Positions 7,404-16,753 of a stretch of 28,139 nt of DNA are shown piece after piece. This DNA comes from a virus (Duplodnaviria > Caudoviricetes): IMG/VR virus record IMGVR_UViG_3300021121_000025, positions 1 to 28,139 of that record, one strand, 5' to 3'. Position numbers and translations under genes: made by a program. Every line of letters begins with the position of its first letter. Position 1 is the first letter of the stretch. The notes beneath the pieces are model-generated. The model searched no databases. It was not told the DNA's origin and saw only the letters and a list, made by a program, of their open reading frames with translations.

Positions 7404-7690
7404 AGCCCATAAAAGACAAACTAATTGTTAAGCCAATACCGCGCATACAAAGCGCGTTGTACGTTCAAACGGCCGAAGTGGACACGGTTGGGTATGTAGT
7501 GGCCGTGGGGGATGAAGCAGCCGAGGAAGGTTTAAAAGTAGGCGATAAGGTATATTTCGGCACGTTGGCTAAAGACTACAAAGACGAGTATCTAAAATAC
7601 CACAACTTTAAAGATGGTGACGATAAGTTATTAGTATTATCATGGCAAGACATTTGTTTTATAGAGGAGTCAGAAGATGCCGTTAATTAA
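7400..7690 (+). CDS. groES: GroES/Cpn10-like co-chaperonin
   Basis: MKPIKDKLIVKP ... G.VVAVG ... LKVGDKVYF ... LVLSWQDI. Confidence 0.8.
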   Translation: MKPIKDKLIVKPIPRIQSALYVQTAEVDTVGYVVAVGDEAAEEGLKVGDKVYFGTLAKDYKDEYLKYHNFKDGDDKLLVLSWQDICFIEESEDAVN

Positions 7691-7823
7691 ATCAATCAAA
7701 AAAGAAGCGTTTAAAAAGAACATTGAAACCGAAGTAAAAGCCGGTAAACCCGTTAAACAGGCCGTGGCCATAGCATACAGCGAAAAGCGTGAAGCAGCCA
7801 AGAAACAAAAGAAAGGTAAATAA
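7677..7823 (+). CDS. small basic protein (48 aa)
   Basis: Manual translation MPLIKSIKKEAFKKNIETEVKAGKPVKQAVAIAYSEKREAAKKQKKGK; SD GAGGAG. Confidence 0.75.
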   Translation: MPLIKSIKKEAFKKNIETEVKAGKPVKQAVAIAYSEKREAAKKQKKGK

Positions 7824-7990
7824 TGTTTAATTTCAAACACGAAGTTCAAGACGTAAACTTAATCATCACCGCGCTAGAACATAAAGTGCGTGATATGCAA
7901 TTGTTAATCCAAAAGTTAACAAAACAGGCTAACGAACAATTACCAGCACAAGCCGAACCAACAGATGCAAGTCCAACAGTACAAAGTTGA
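7823..7990 (+). CDS. small coiled-coil protein (55 aa)
   Basis: Manual translation MFNFKHEVQDVNLIITALEHKVRDMQLLIQKLTKQANEQLPAQ...; TAATG coupling. Confidence 0.65.
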   Translation: MFNFKHEVQDVNLIITALEHKVRDMQLLIQKLTKQANEQLPAQAEPTDASPTVQS

Positions 7991-8504
7991 AGACTTAATA
8001 CCTTACGCCAACAATTCACGCACACATTCCGATGCGCAAGTAGCCCAAATAGCTGCAAGCATAAAAGAATTTGGGTGGACGAACCCAATACTGGTGGATG
8101 GCGAAAAAGGTATTATTGCTGGGCACGGCCGGTTATTGGCAGCGCGTAAGCTAGAAATGTCAGAAGTACCCGTTATTGAACTCAATCATTTAACGCCTAC
8201 ACAAAAAAAAGCATTAATCATTGCAGACAATAAATTGGCATTAAACGCTGATTGGGAACAAGAATTATTAAAAATTGAAATTCAAGCGTTATCTGATGAT
8301 GATTTTGATATTACTTTGCTAGGGTTTGACGAAATTGAGCTTGGTAAAATGTTTGACGAAATGGACGAAGAAGACGATATAAAAGCTCAAAATTACAACG
8401 AAGTATTTAATATTATTGTTGAATGTGAAGACGAATCTGAACAAGAAAAGATATTTAATAGACTGAATACTGAAGGGTACAAATGCCGTGTGCAAAGTTT
8501 GTAA
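7965..8504 (+). CDS. ParB/Srx N-terminal domain protein
   Basis: LIPYANNSRTHS..QVAQIAASIKEFGWTNPILVD...IIAGHGRLLAA ... IADNKLA. Confidence 0.9.
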   Translation: MQVQQYKVEDLIPYANNSRTHSDAQVAQIAASIKEFGWTNPILVDGEKGIIAGHGRLLAARKLEMSEVPVIELNHLTPTQKKALIIADNKLALNADWEQELLKIEIQALSDDDFDITLLGFDEIELGKMFDEMDEEDDIKAQNYNEVFNIIVECEDESEQEKIFNRLNTEGYKCRVQSL

Positions 8505-9547
8505 TTGAATCCAAAACATCAGATTCATTCAAAGCAAACAAAGTCAAATCAATGTTTGACTGTGAAATGGATGTTGTTACTAAAACTTTTGATGTGAATA
8601 TTCCTATTGAAGATACAAAATGGAATATAGGCTTAATTGTCGGGGCATCAGGAACTGGTAAAACTACGATTGCCAAGCAAATATTTAAAAATTATGAGTT
8701 TTTTGTGGGTTTTGAATGGGTTGGGCAGTCAATCATTGACGATTTTGGCGATCATTCAGCAAAAGACATTACAGAAATACTATCCAAAGTGGGTTTTGCA
8801 TCACCCCCTGACTGGCTAAAGCCATTTTCTGTGCTGTCAAATGGGCAAAAAATGAGAGCTGAATTGGCCAGATTGATCTTAAACTGCAAAGAGCCATTTA
8901 TTTATGACGAATTCACTTCAGTCGTTGACAGACAAGTTGCTTGTATAGGGTCAGCTGCCATACAAAAGTTCATTAGGAAGCAAAATAAGCAGTTTATAGC
9001 GCTTTCTTGCCACTATGACATTGAACAATGGTTAGAACCTGATTGGGTTTTTGACTGTAATACGATGCAGTTTTCTCGGAGGTCACTTTGTCGACCACCC
9101 ATTGAATGTAAGATCAGGGAAGCCAAACAGTCAGAATGGTCACAATTCATGGACTTTCACTATTTGAGTCATGAACACAACAATGCAGCGCACAAATACA
9201 TTTGCGAAATTGAAAATCAGCCCGTTGCTTGGTGTTCAGTATTGCATTTTCCTCACCCATCTGTTAAAAACATGAAACGCATACATCGAATCGTTGTTAA
9301 GCCAGATTATCAAGGAATTGGTATCGGATCACGATTTATGACTGAAATAGCTAAAAAGTACAAAAAACAGAAAATGCGAATAACTTTGGTGACAAGTTCC
9401 CCTGCTTTTATTCATGGCTTGCAAACATCAAAAAATTGGATAATGACACGGAAACCTAGCAGAGTAACGCATCCGTCCCCAAAAGGTGTATTAAAAGGCA
9501 CAACGTCAGACGAAAGACTTACTGCAACATTTGAATTTAAAACGTAA
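8483..9547 (+). CDS. ABC-type ATPase fused to a GNAT acyltransferase (putative DNA-modification enzyme)
   Basis: Walker A GASGTGKTT, signature LSNGQ, Walker B FIYDEF, H-loop SCH; GNAT motif A RIVVKPDYQGIGIG. Confidence 0.85.
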   Translation: MPCAKFVIESKTSDSFKANKVKSMFDCEMDVVTKTFDVNIPIEDTKWNIGLIVGASGTGKTTIAKQIFKNYEFFVGFEWVGQSIIDDFGDHSAKDITEILSKVGFASPPDWLKPFSVLSNGQKMRAELARLILNCKEPFIYDEFTSVVDRQVACIGSAAIQKFIRKQNKQFIALSCHYDIEQWLEPDWVFDCNTMQFSRRSLCRPPIECKIREAKQSEWSQFMDFHYLSHEHNNAAHKYICEIENQPVAWCSVLHFPHPSVKNMKRIHRIVVKPDYQGIGIGSRFMTEIAKKYKKQKMRITLVTSSPAFIHGLQTSKNWIMTRKPSRVTHPSPKGVLKGTTSDERLTATFEFKT

Positions 9548-9582
9548 TAAAATAGTCCTAAACATTTCCCCCCAATAAAAAT

Positions 9583-9927
9583 ATGCTTGAACACGAACCA
9601 AATGACGAACTAAGAAAAACGGCAAAAAGAGCTGCTGGTCTAGGTCTTCCGCACGAGCAGATCGGGGCGCTGATTGGCATTAGCGATAAGACTTTACGCA
9701 AATATTACGCGCCAGAATTGGCTTTAGGTAAAGCGCAAGCATCAGCCAGAATTGCACAGACTTTGTTTAATAAAGCTGAAAAGGGCGATACGACTGCTAT
9801 GATCTGGTGGACAAAAGCCCAGATGGGTTGGGGCGAAACAAATACTACAAAACTGGCCAACCCTGACGGTTCAGCAATTGAAGGCTTCCAAATAGTATTT
9901 AAAGATGGCCAACCTAGCGGAAGTTGA
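9583..9927 (+). CDS. terS: terminase small subunit (HTH)
   Basis: HTH segment GLPHEQIGALIGISDKTLRKYY, GDTTAMIWWTK; overlaps terL. Confidence 0.75.
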   Translation: MLEHEPNDELRKTAKRAAGLGLPHEQIGALIGISDKTLRKYYAPELALGKAQASARIAQTLFNKAEKGDTTAMIWWTKAQMGWGETNTTKLANPDGSAIEGFQIVFKDGQPSGS

Positions 9928-11170
9928 ATTCCCCGTTAAGCTGCAATGCTTATTTAAGAAAAGTCGGTACAAAGTGCTTTGGGGTGGGCGCGGGGGCGCA
10001 AAGTCTTGGGGTATAGCCCGTGCTTTGTTAATACTAGCCACAAAGAACCCATTACGCATACTATGCGCCCGTGAATTCCAAACTTCCATACGGGATTCGG
10101 TACACAAGTTACTTAGCGACCAAATAGTAAGTTTAGGCCTAACCGACTTTTACGAAATAACTGACCGCACCATACGGGGCAGAAACGGCAGCGAATTTAA
10201 CTTTGTAGGCCTGAAGAACAACGTGGCCAACGTAAAGAGTTTTGAAGGTATTGACGTATGCTGGGTGGAGGAAGCACAAACGGTATCTGCCCGTAGCTGG
10301 GACGTGCTTATACCTACCATCCGTAAAGAAGGCAGCGAAATATGGGTTTCTTTTAACCCGGAACTGGAAAGCGATGCTACCTACCAACGGTTTATTCAGC
10401 ACCAACCAGAAAACGCCATAGTCCAAAAGATTAACTGGAACGACAATCCTTGGTTTCCTGAAACGCTAGACCTAGAACGGCGCACGTTGCAATCCCGCGA
10501 CCCTGAAGCCTACAACACCGTATGGGAAGGGTTATGCCGCCAGACTGTGGACGGTGCCGTGTTTGCCCGTGAAATGCAAATGGCCGAACTGGAAGAACGC
10601 ATTACCAAAGTGCGCTACGACCCTACCAAGCCTTGTTACACCGTTTGGGATTTGGGTTGGGCAGACAGCACGGCCATTTGGATAGTTCAGTTCATAGCCC
10701 AAGAAATACGGTTAATTAGGTATATTGAAGACAGCCAACAAACCATAAGCCATTACCTTGCCTTGCTGCAAACCTTTGGCTACGTCTACGACACGCATTG
10801 GCTACCTCATGACGCGCAGAATAAAACTATTGGTTCTAATGGCCGTAGCATTGAGGAAATAGTGCGTAACGCCGGTTTTAAGACTAAGATTATTCCCAAA
10901 ACTAGCGTGGTGGACAGCATTAACGCAGCCCGTACATTGTTTAGGAACTGTTATTTTGACCGGGATAACTGCTATGACGGCCTACAATGCTTACGCCACT
11001 ACAAATATGACGTAGACCCAGACACAAAGCAGTTCAGTAAAAACCCGCTTCACGACCAATATTCCCACGGCGCAGATGCCTTCCGCTATATTGCGTTGGG
11101 CGTACAAGAAACTAGACCACGCAAGCCAAAGCAAATACAATATGCTCACCCCCAAAGTTGGATGGCGTAA
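9905..11170 (+). CDS. terL: terminase large subunit (PBSX-like)
   Basis: Walker A GGRGGAKS, CAREFQ.SI.DSV, Walker B WVEEA, SFNP; nuclease motifs WDLG..D and SHGADAFRY. Confidence 0.95.
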   Translation: MANLAEVEFPVKLQCLFKKSRYKVLWGGRGGAKSWGIARALLILATKNPLRILCAREFQTSIRDSVHKLLSDQIVSLGLTDFYEITDRTIRGRNGSEFNFVGLKNNVANVKSFEGIDVCWVEEAQTVSARSWDVLIPTIRKEGSEIWVSFNPELESDATYQRFIQHQPENAIVQKINWNDNPWFPETLDLERRTLQSRDPEAYNTVWEGLCRQTVDGAVFAREMQMAELEERITKVRYDPTKPCYTVWDLGWADSTAIWIVQFIAQEIRLIRYIEDSQQTISHYLALLQTFGYVYDTHWLPHDAQNKTIGSNGRSIEEIVRNAGFKTKIIPKTSVVDSINAARTLFRNCYFDRDNCYDGLQCLRHYKYDVDPDTKQFSKNPLHDQYSHGADAFRYIALGVQETRPRKPKQIQYAHPQSWMA

Positions 11171-11184
11171 TTTAAGGAGTTATT

Positions 11185-11814
11185 GTGCCCACAGTTGCCG
11201 ATATATATAGCGCTGCGGATAGCCTAAAAAGAAGGTTGTCCGATGCGGCATCTAACCCAATTGACAGTTTTATGCAAATGGTTGGCAATGCCAACGATAG
11301 AGCTGGTGCTTTTAATCAACAAATGGCGGATGCTGCTAGAGAGCCTTTGACAGGCCCAAAAACTATAGAATTAGCTAGAACTATGGCTAATTCTTACAGT
11401 CCAATTGGAACTGTTGAATATAAAGGTAGTCATGTAGCCCCAAATGCAAAGGTTTATGGCGCTACTTTAGATGATTTATCTAAAATAATGCCTGCTGATG
11501 TTTATTCTTTAAGTGGAAGAAGAATCTATGGAATAGGAGAACATCCGATTGATTTTGAATGGCATAGAGCCGCTACAAAAGCTAAAGGAAAGCCAGAAGC
11601 TCAAATTGATGTTTATAGAGCTGTTCCAAGTGGAATTAAAGATATAAATCATGGAGATTGGGTGACAACAAGCCCAACTTATGCCAAATGGCATGGGGAA
11701 AATGTATTAAATGGTGATTATGATATTGTCAAAAAAACTGTAAAAGCCAAAGAACTTTCATCTGAGGGCTACCCTTATGAATTTGGTTGGCATGACGAAG
11801 AACTAAATAAATAA
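11185..11814 (+). CDS. two-part protein: helical N-terminal leader plus putative ADP-ribosyltransferase-like domain
   Basis: SD TAAGGAG with GTG start; C-terminal VYRAVP ... GDWVTTS..YA..HG ... YEFGW pattern. Confidence 0.55.
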   Translation: MPTVADIYSAADSLKRRLSDAASNPIDSFMQMVGNANDRAGAFNQQMADAAREPLTGPKTIELARTMANSYSPIGTVEYKGSHVAPNAKVYGATLDDLSKIMPADVYSLSGRRIYGIGEHPIDFEWHRAATKAKGKPEAQIDVYRAVPSGIKDINHGDWVTTSPTYAKWHGENVLNGDYDIVKKTVKAKELSSEGYPYEFGWHDEELNK

Positions 11815-11823
11815 AGGAACAAA

Positions 11824-13929
11824 ATGGCATCAGATTACCAAGACGGCGATTACAACCCGATTATTGACGAAGCAAAGCAATTCCTAAAGTTTTGCAACGA
11901 TGCCGACACCATGAACCGGCAAGAAGCGCTGGAAGACCTTAAGTTTGCTTCCGGTGGTGACCAATGGCCAGTTGACCTACAAAATAGCCGTAATTTGGAA
12001 TCGCGCCCCGTTCTTACTATTAATAAGCTAGACGGGTACTGCCGCCAAGTAACCAACCAACAACGCCAACAGCGCCCACGCATTAAGGTTCACGCAACCA
12101 ACACGGTAGAAGATGCTGCCGAAGCCAAAGTTATTCAGGGCATGGTGCGCCACATTGAAGTTAATAGCAACGCAGACAATGCCTACGACATAGCCTACGA
12201 CTTTGCCGTGCGTGCTGGGTGGGGCTTCATTCGCGTTGACCACCGCTACAAAAGCGAAGACAGTTTTGACCAAGAAATATATATTGACCCAGTAGAAAAC
12301 CCGTTCACCGTTTACTGGGACCCAAACAGCGTGGCCATTGACGGTTCGGATGCCGAGCGTTGCCTTATTACCATGATGGTATCTAAGGAAGTATTCAGGG
12401 AAATGTACCCTGATGCGCAAGACACAGCCAGTTTTACCCAGCGCGGTACCGGGGACACGCAAAGCGAATGGATTACCAAAGAAGATATACGCATTGCGGA
12501 ATACTGGTACACCGTGCGCGAAAAGGCAACGCTTTACTTACTAAGTGATGGCCGGGCACGCTTTGCTGATGACAAAGACTTTTTTGACCGCGTTAAGCGT
12601 TCAGGCCTAACCATTGTGGGTGAGCGCCCAAGCGTTAAAAAGACTATCAAGTGGAAGAAACTAACCGCTATTGAAGTGCTAGAGGAAAAAGACTGGGTAA
12701 CCACAGACATACCAATTGTGCCGGTGTACGGGCGCCAGATTGTTATTGGTGACAAGCGCAAGAAGTTTGGCATTGTGCGCCACGCTAAAGATGCGCAGCG
12801 TATGTATAACTTCTGGGTAACTAGCCTGACTGAAAGCGTAGCCTTGGCACCTAAAGCCAAGTGGATTATGGCCGAAGGGCAAGACGAAGGGCACGAACTT
12901 GACTGGGCAGCAGCCAACATTAAGTCAATGGCTTACCTAACCTACAAGCAAACCGACATTGAAGGCAACCCAGCGCCCCCACCACAGCGTTTACAGCCTG
13001 AGCCACCACCAGCCGGGGTAATGGCAGCCGCAGCAGAAATCAATGCGGACATGGCCACCATCATAGGTATTTACGACCCTAGCCAACAAGTGCCGGGCAA
13101 CGTAAGCGGTAAGGCGCTACAAGGCCAACAGCAACAGGTTGACCTAACCAACTTTGACTTGTACGACAACCTGACCAAGTCTATTGCACGAGTGGGTAAG
13201 ATTACTCTTAATATGATGCCTAAAATATATGACACCCAACGCACCATGCGCATTATTGGGGATGACGGCAAACCTGACTTACTTACCATTAACGAAAGAG
13301 ATGCCGTGGGGCGCGTATTGAATGACGTAACCGTTGGCGAATATGACGTGGTAATGGAAACTGGGCCGGGCTACAACAGCAAGCGCCAAGAAGCCGTTGA
13401 AGCCATGATGCCGTTGTTAAGTGGCAACGAACAATTGTTTAACGCTGCTGCGGACTTGGTGTTTAGGAACATGGACTTTCCCGGTGCTGAAGTTATTGCA
13501 GACCGTTTGGCAACCCTTAACCCGTTGGCCAACATTGACGAACACAGCGACATACCACCGCAAGCGCAAATGGCCATTAAGAACGCACAGGCACAGGTTC
13601 AACAGCTTACCCAACAGTTACAGGCCTTACAGTTGGCCATGAAGCAGCGCCAAGATATTGAGCAAGTTAAGCAAGACAATGAGAATAAACGTGAATTAAT
13701 GCGCCAAACCACAAAAGCGCACGCAACTGAAACCACATTGGAAGCGAGGGTACACGATGTCAACACCAGAGCAATTACTAGCCAAAACAAAACAGAAATT
13801 GATGCAATTATGGACTTACTGTTGCACCACATGGACACGAACCGTCTTGAGCGTGAAATCAATATGCGCAACCAAGAACAGTACGAAGCCATAAGGGCGG
13901 CAGACCAAAGTATTGCGCCACAGCAATAA
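11824..13929 (+). CDS. portal protein, P22 gp1-like
   Basis: 701 aa; EDLKF..G.QWP, RP.LTINKL, DAQRMYNFW, YDVVMETGP.Y.SKRQE; C-terminal coiled-coil barrel. Confidence 0.93.
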   Translation: MASDYQDGDYNPIIDEAKQFLKFCNDADTMNRQEALEDLKFASGGDQWPVDLQNSRNLESRPVLTINKLDGYCRQVTNQQRQQRPRIKVHATNTVEDAAEAKVIQGMVRHIEVNSNADNAYDIAYDFAVRAGWGFIRVDHRYKSEDSFDQEIYIDPVENPFTVYWDPNSVAIDGSDAERCLITMMVSKEVFREMYPDAQDTASFTQRGTGDTQSEWITKEDIRIAEYWYTVREKATLYLLSDGRARFADDKDFFDRVKRSGLTIVGERPSVKKTIKWKKLTAIEVLEEKDWVTTDIPIVPVYGRQIVIGDKRKKFGIVRHAKDAQRMYNFWVTSLTESVALAPKAKWIMAEGQDEGHELDWAAANIKSMAYLTYKQTDIEGNPAPPPQRLQPEPPPAGVMAAAAEINADMATIIGIYDPSQQVPGNVSGKALQGQQQQVDLTNFDLYDNLTKSIARVGKITLNMMPKIYDTQRTMRIIGDDGKPDLLTINERDAVGRVLNDVTVGEYDVVMETGPGYNSKRQEAVEAMMPLLSGNEQLFNAAADLVFRNMDFPGAEVIADRLATLNPLANIDEHSDIPPQAQMAIKNAQAQVQQLTQQLQALQLAMKQRQDIEQVKQDNENKRELMRQTTKAHATETTLEARVHDVNTRAITSQNKTEIDAIMDLLLHHMDTNRLEREINMRNQEQYEAIRAADQSIAPQQ

Positions 13930-14008
13930 TTGACAATATAATCCTTTTCAGTTATATTGACTAAAACCTTACCCGTGAGGTACACGGGGCAAATACTTAG
14001 GGAAACCT
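13930..14008 (+). promoter_or_regulatory. sigma70 promoter, overlapping inverted repeat and leader hairpin of the scaffold/coat operon
   Basis: TTGACA(13930)-17-TATATT(13953); inverted repeat CAATATAA/TTATATTG; hairpin CCCGTG-AGGTA-CACGGG (13972-13988). Confidence 0.7.
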
Positions 14009-14905
14009 ATGAGTGATAAAGAAGCAAGTAATGTTCTTACGAGCGAAAATTCGGCGGAATTTTATGCCCAAAAGTTAGATTTAGCCCCGGTTGCGGAACC
14101 TTCGGCTACAACGGAAGTTGTAGAGCAAGCGCCCGTAGAAGAACCTAGTGGGAGTGAGTCAGAAGGCAGCGAAGAAGCCAAAACGGAAGTTACGGAAAAG
14201 AAGCCTAATCCTAAATTGGAAAAGCGGTTTTCTGAACTAACTAAACAACGCGAACTAGCTAGGCAAGAAGCCCAGCGTGAACGTGAAGCAAGGGAAAGTT
14301 TAGAAAAGCGTTTAGCGGAACTAGAAACGAAGGTAACGCCAAAAGCCGAGCCAACGGACAAAGAACCGCAGCCAAGCGACTTTACCGACGCGTTTGAATA
14401 CGCCAAGGCATTAGCCAAGTATTCAACCGAAAAAGCGTTAGAGAACCGTGATAAGCAAGAAGCCGAACGCCGGGCTAACGAAGAACGCGCGAAAGTTATG
14501 ACTTCGTGGCAGAAAAAGTTAGATGCGGTTAAAAGCGAATTGCCTGATTACGAAGAAATGATTGCTAGTAGTGCCGATATTGCTGTTAGCGATGCGGTAC
14601 GCGATGCAATTTTAGAAAGTGATGTTGGCCCGAAGATACTTTATCATTTGGCCGAAAACCCCGAAGTAGCTGAAAGGCTAAACGGTTTATCACAGTCTAG
14701 TGCGCTACGCGAACTTGGTAAGTTAGAAGCAAGGTTTGAAGCTAAAGAACCCGTAAGAGCCGTTTCCAAATCGAACGCGCCCGCGCCTATAACGCCGCTT
14801 CGTAACGTAGGTAGTGTTGAACTACCAGCCATTGATTCAAATGGGAATTTCAATGGTTCGCCAAAACAATGGCGTGAGTTGCGTAAGGCAGGAAAAATTA
14901 GGTAA
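14009..14905 (+). CDS. capsid scaffolding protein
   Basis: 298 aa, charged and coiled-coil, basic C-terminal helix; lies between portal and coat. Confidence 0.85.
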   Translation: MSDKEASNVLTSENSAEFYAQKLDLAPVAEPSATTEVVEQAPVEEPSGSESEGSEEAKTEVTEKKPNPKLEKRFSELTKQRELARQEAQREREARESLEKRLAELETKVTPKAEPTDKEPQPSDFTDAFEYAKALAKYSTEKALENRDKQEAERRANEERAKVMTSWQKKLDAVKSELPDYEEMIASSADIAVSDAVRDAILESDVGPKILYHLAENPEVAERLNGLSQSSALRELGKLEARFEAKEPVRAVSKSNAPAPITPLRNVGSVELPAIDSNGNFNGSPKQWRELRKAGKIR

Positions 14906-14939
14906 CGGCAAAAATCAAAACTTTTAATAAGGTGTAATC

Positions 14940-16187
14940 ATGGCCAATAATTTATTGACGATATCGAAGATCACAAATGAAGCACTTATGGTGCTAGAGA
15001 ACGAACTTACATTTACGTCCGAAGTCGACCGTAACTATGACGATCAGTTTGCCGTAGTGGGCGGGAAAATTGGAAACACAGTCAACGTAAGACGCCCCGG
15101 AAGGTTCATTGGTACAACGGGACCAGCGCTTAATGTTGAAGACTTCAACGAGACGAGCGTGCCAGTCACATTGTCCACGCAATTCCATGTGGATACTCAA
15201 TTTACGACTCAAGACCTTGCATTATCACTTGATATGTTTAGCGACCGCGTATTAAAACCCGCAGTAGCTGCTATTGCAAACAAGATTGACCGTGATGGTT
15301 TAGTAATGGCTAAGAACAGCACAGCAAACATTGTTGGCGTAGCTGGTACACCACCCACAGGTTTAATCACTTACCTAACAGCCGGTGCTTACATGGATGC
15401 TGAAGGCACACCAAGAGACGGCCGCCGTGCTTGCGTTGTAGAACCTTTTACATCAGCAACCATTGTTGATTCACTAAAAGGTTTGTTTGTTCCACAAGAA
15501 GCCATTGGTGAGCAATACCGCAAAGGCCTTATGGGCCGCGACAGCGCTGGGGTAAATTGGAAATTGGACCAAAATATTGTCAGCCAAACATTTGGTTCTT
15601 ACGCTTCTGCAACACTATCAACAGATACAACTTCTGCATCTTTTGGTATTTCTAGCGGTTGGGCTTCAACTTCAACAATTACCATCAGCGCAACAAGTGC
15701 TGCTGCTACATTGAACCAAGGTGACGTTATCCAGTTTGCTAACATCCTTGCAGCCAACCCACAAAACCGCCAAGCATACGGTTCTAACAAGGCGCGTAAC
15801 TTCGTTGTTACAAGCACAGTTAGCATTGGTTCAGGTGGCTCAGCATCAGTAACTGTTAGCCCAGCTATCATTACTGGTGGTCAGTTCCAAAACGTTGTTG
15901 TTAACGCTACATCTTCTTCAGCAGTAGTAACACCATTTAACAACACAGGCGTTACATCACCACAGAACTTAATGTTCCACAGAAATGCGTTTACGCTTGC
16001 CGTAGCGGATCTCGAGCTGCCAGAGGGTGTCCATTTTGCTGGTCGTGCAAGCGATAAGGAAATTGGTTTGTCCATGAGGGTTGTCCGCCAATACACCATT
16101 AACAACGATAGTATTCCAACACGTTTAGATGTGTTGTATGGTTGGGCACCGTTGTACCCTGAACTTGCTTGCCGTATTGCAGCCTAA
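14940..16187 (+). CDS. major capsid protein, P22 gp5-like
   Basis: MANNLLT...ITNEALMVLEN, KIG.TVNVRRP, C-terminal RLDVLYGWA.LYPELACR. Confidence 0.93.
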   Translation: MANNLLTISKITNEALMVLENELTFTSEVDRNYDDQFAVVGGKIGNTVNVRRPGRFIGTTGPALNVEDFNETSVPVTLSTQFHVDTQFTTQDLALSLDMFSDRVLKPAVAAIANKIDRDGLVMAKNSTANIVGVAGTPPTGLITYLTAGAYMDAEGTPRDGRRACVVEPFTSATIVDSLKGLFVPQEAIGEQYRKGLMGRDSAGVNWKLDQNIVSQTFGSYASATLSTDTTSASFGISSGWASTSTITISATSAAATLNQGDVIQFANILAANPQNRQAYGSNKARNFVVTSTVSIGSGGSASVTVSPAIITGGQFQNVVVNATSSSAVVTPFNNTGVTSPQNLMFHRNAFTLAVADLELPEGVHFAGRASDKEIGLSMRVVRQYTINNDSIPTRLDVLYGWAPLYPELACRIAA

Positions 16188-16209
16188 TTAACATAAAGGA
16201 AAATACAAA

Positions 16210-16662
16210 ATGAGTAATCCCGGACCAGCAACCACAGTAACGGCACACCCAAGTAACCTAGCAACAAATCAAGCGTTGCGTTTAATCGGTGTAGCCAAGG
16301 GTGTTAACTTAGCAGCAACAGGCTTTACGCCCGTTCCCGTTAACAACACAACAACCTACTTGCCAAAGGAAATGATTGTTACCAACGTGAATAACAATGG
16401 TTCAACAGTTTCTTTGTCAACAGCAACAGCGTTAACAATCACACAAACAAATGCGGGTAGCCCATCTGCTTTGTTTGGTGCGTTGACAACTGCGCAATTG
16501 GCATCACTAAGTGCTAACGTTTTGGGTACAGCCTACGTTGATTCATCATCAACAAGTTTGTCTATTCAAAACCAAACTTTATACGTTGATGTAACAACTG
16601 CTTCTGGCGCAACCGGAACTGGTGACGTATATGTTTACGGCTATGACCTTACACAGTCATAA
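16210..16662 (+). CDS. putative capsid decoration/minor structural protein
   Basis: Thr/Ala-rich beta protein directly after the coat gene; strong SD; followed by a terminator. Confidence 0.6.
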   Translation: MSNPGPATTVTAHPSNLATNQALRLIGVAKGVNLAATGFTPVPVNNTTTYLPKEMIVTNVNNNGSTVSLSTATALTITQTNAGSPSALFGALTTAQLASLSANVLGTAYVDSSSTSLSIQNQTLYVDVTTASGATGTGDVYVYGYDLTQS

Positions 16663-16680
16663 TCTAGCCTAAATTAAGGG

Positions 16681-16718
16681 AAGGGCTACCCCCAAAAGGG
16701 GTGGCTTTTTCTTTATTT
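16681..16718 (+). terminator. Rho-independent terminator
   Basis: GGGCTACCCC-CAAAA-GGGGTGGCTT hairpin followed by TTTCTTTATTT. Confidence 0.8.
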
Positions 16719-16753
16719 AACGATACAATTTACCCATTCTTTAAAGGAATATC

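Noticed and set aside
8483-9547. ABC transporter
   Set aside because: No permease or TM partner; the ATPase is fused to a GNAT domain in a packaging-locus context.
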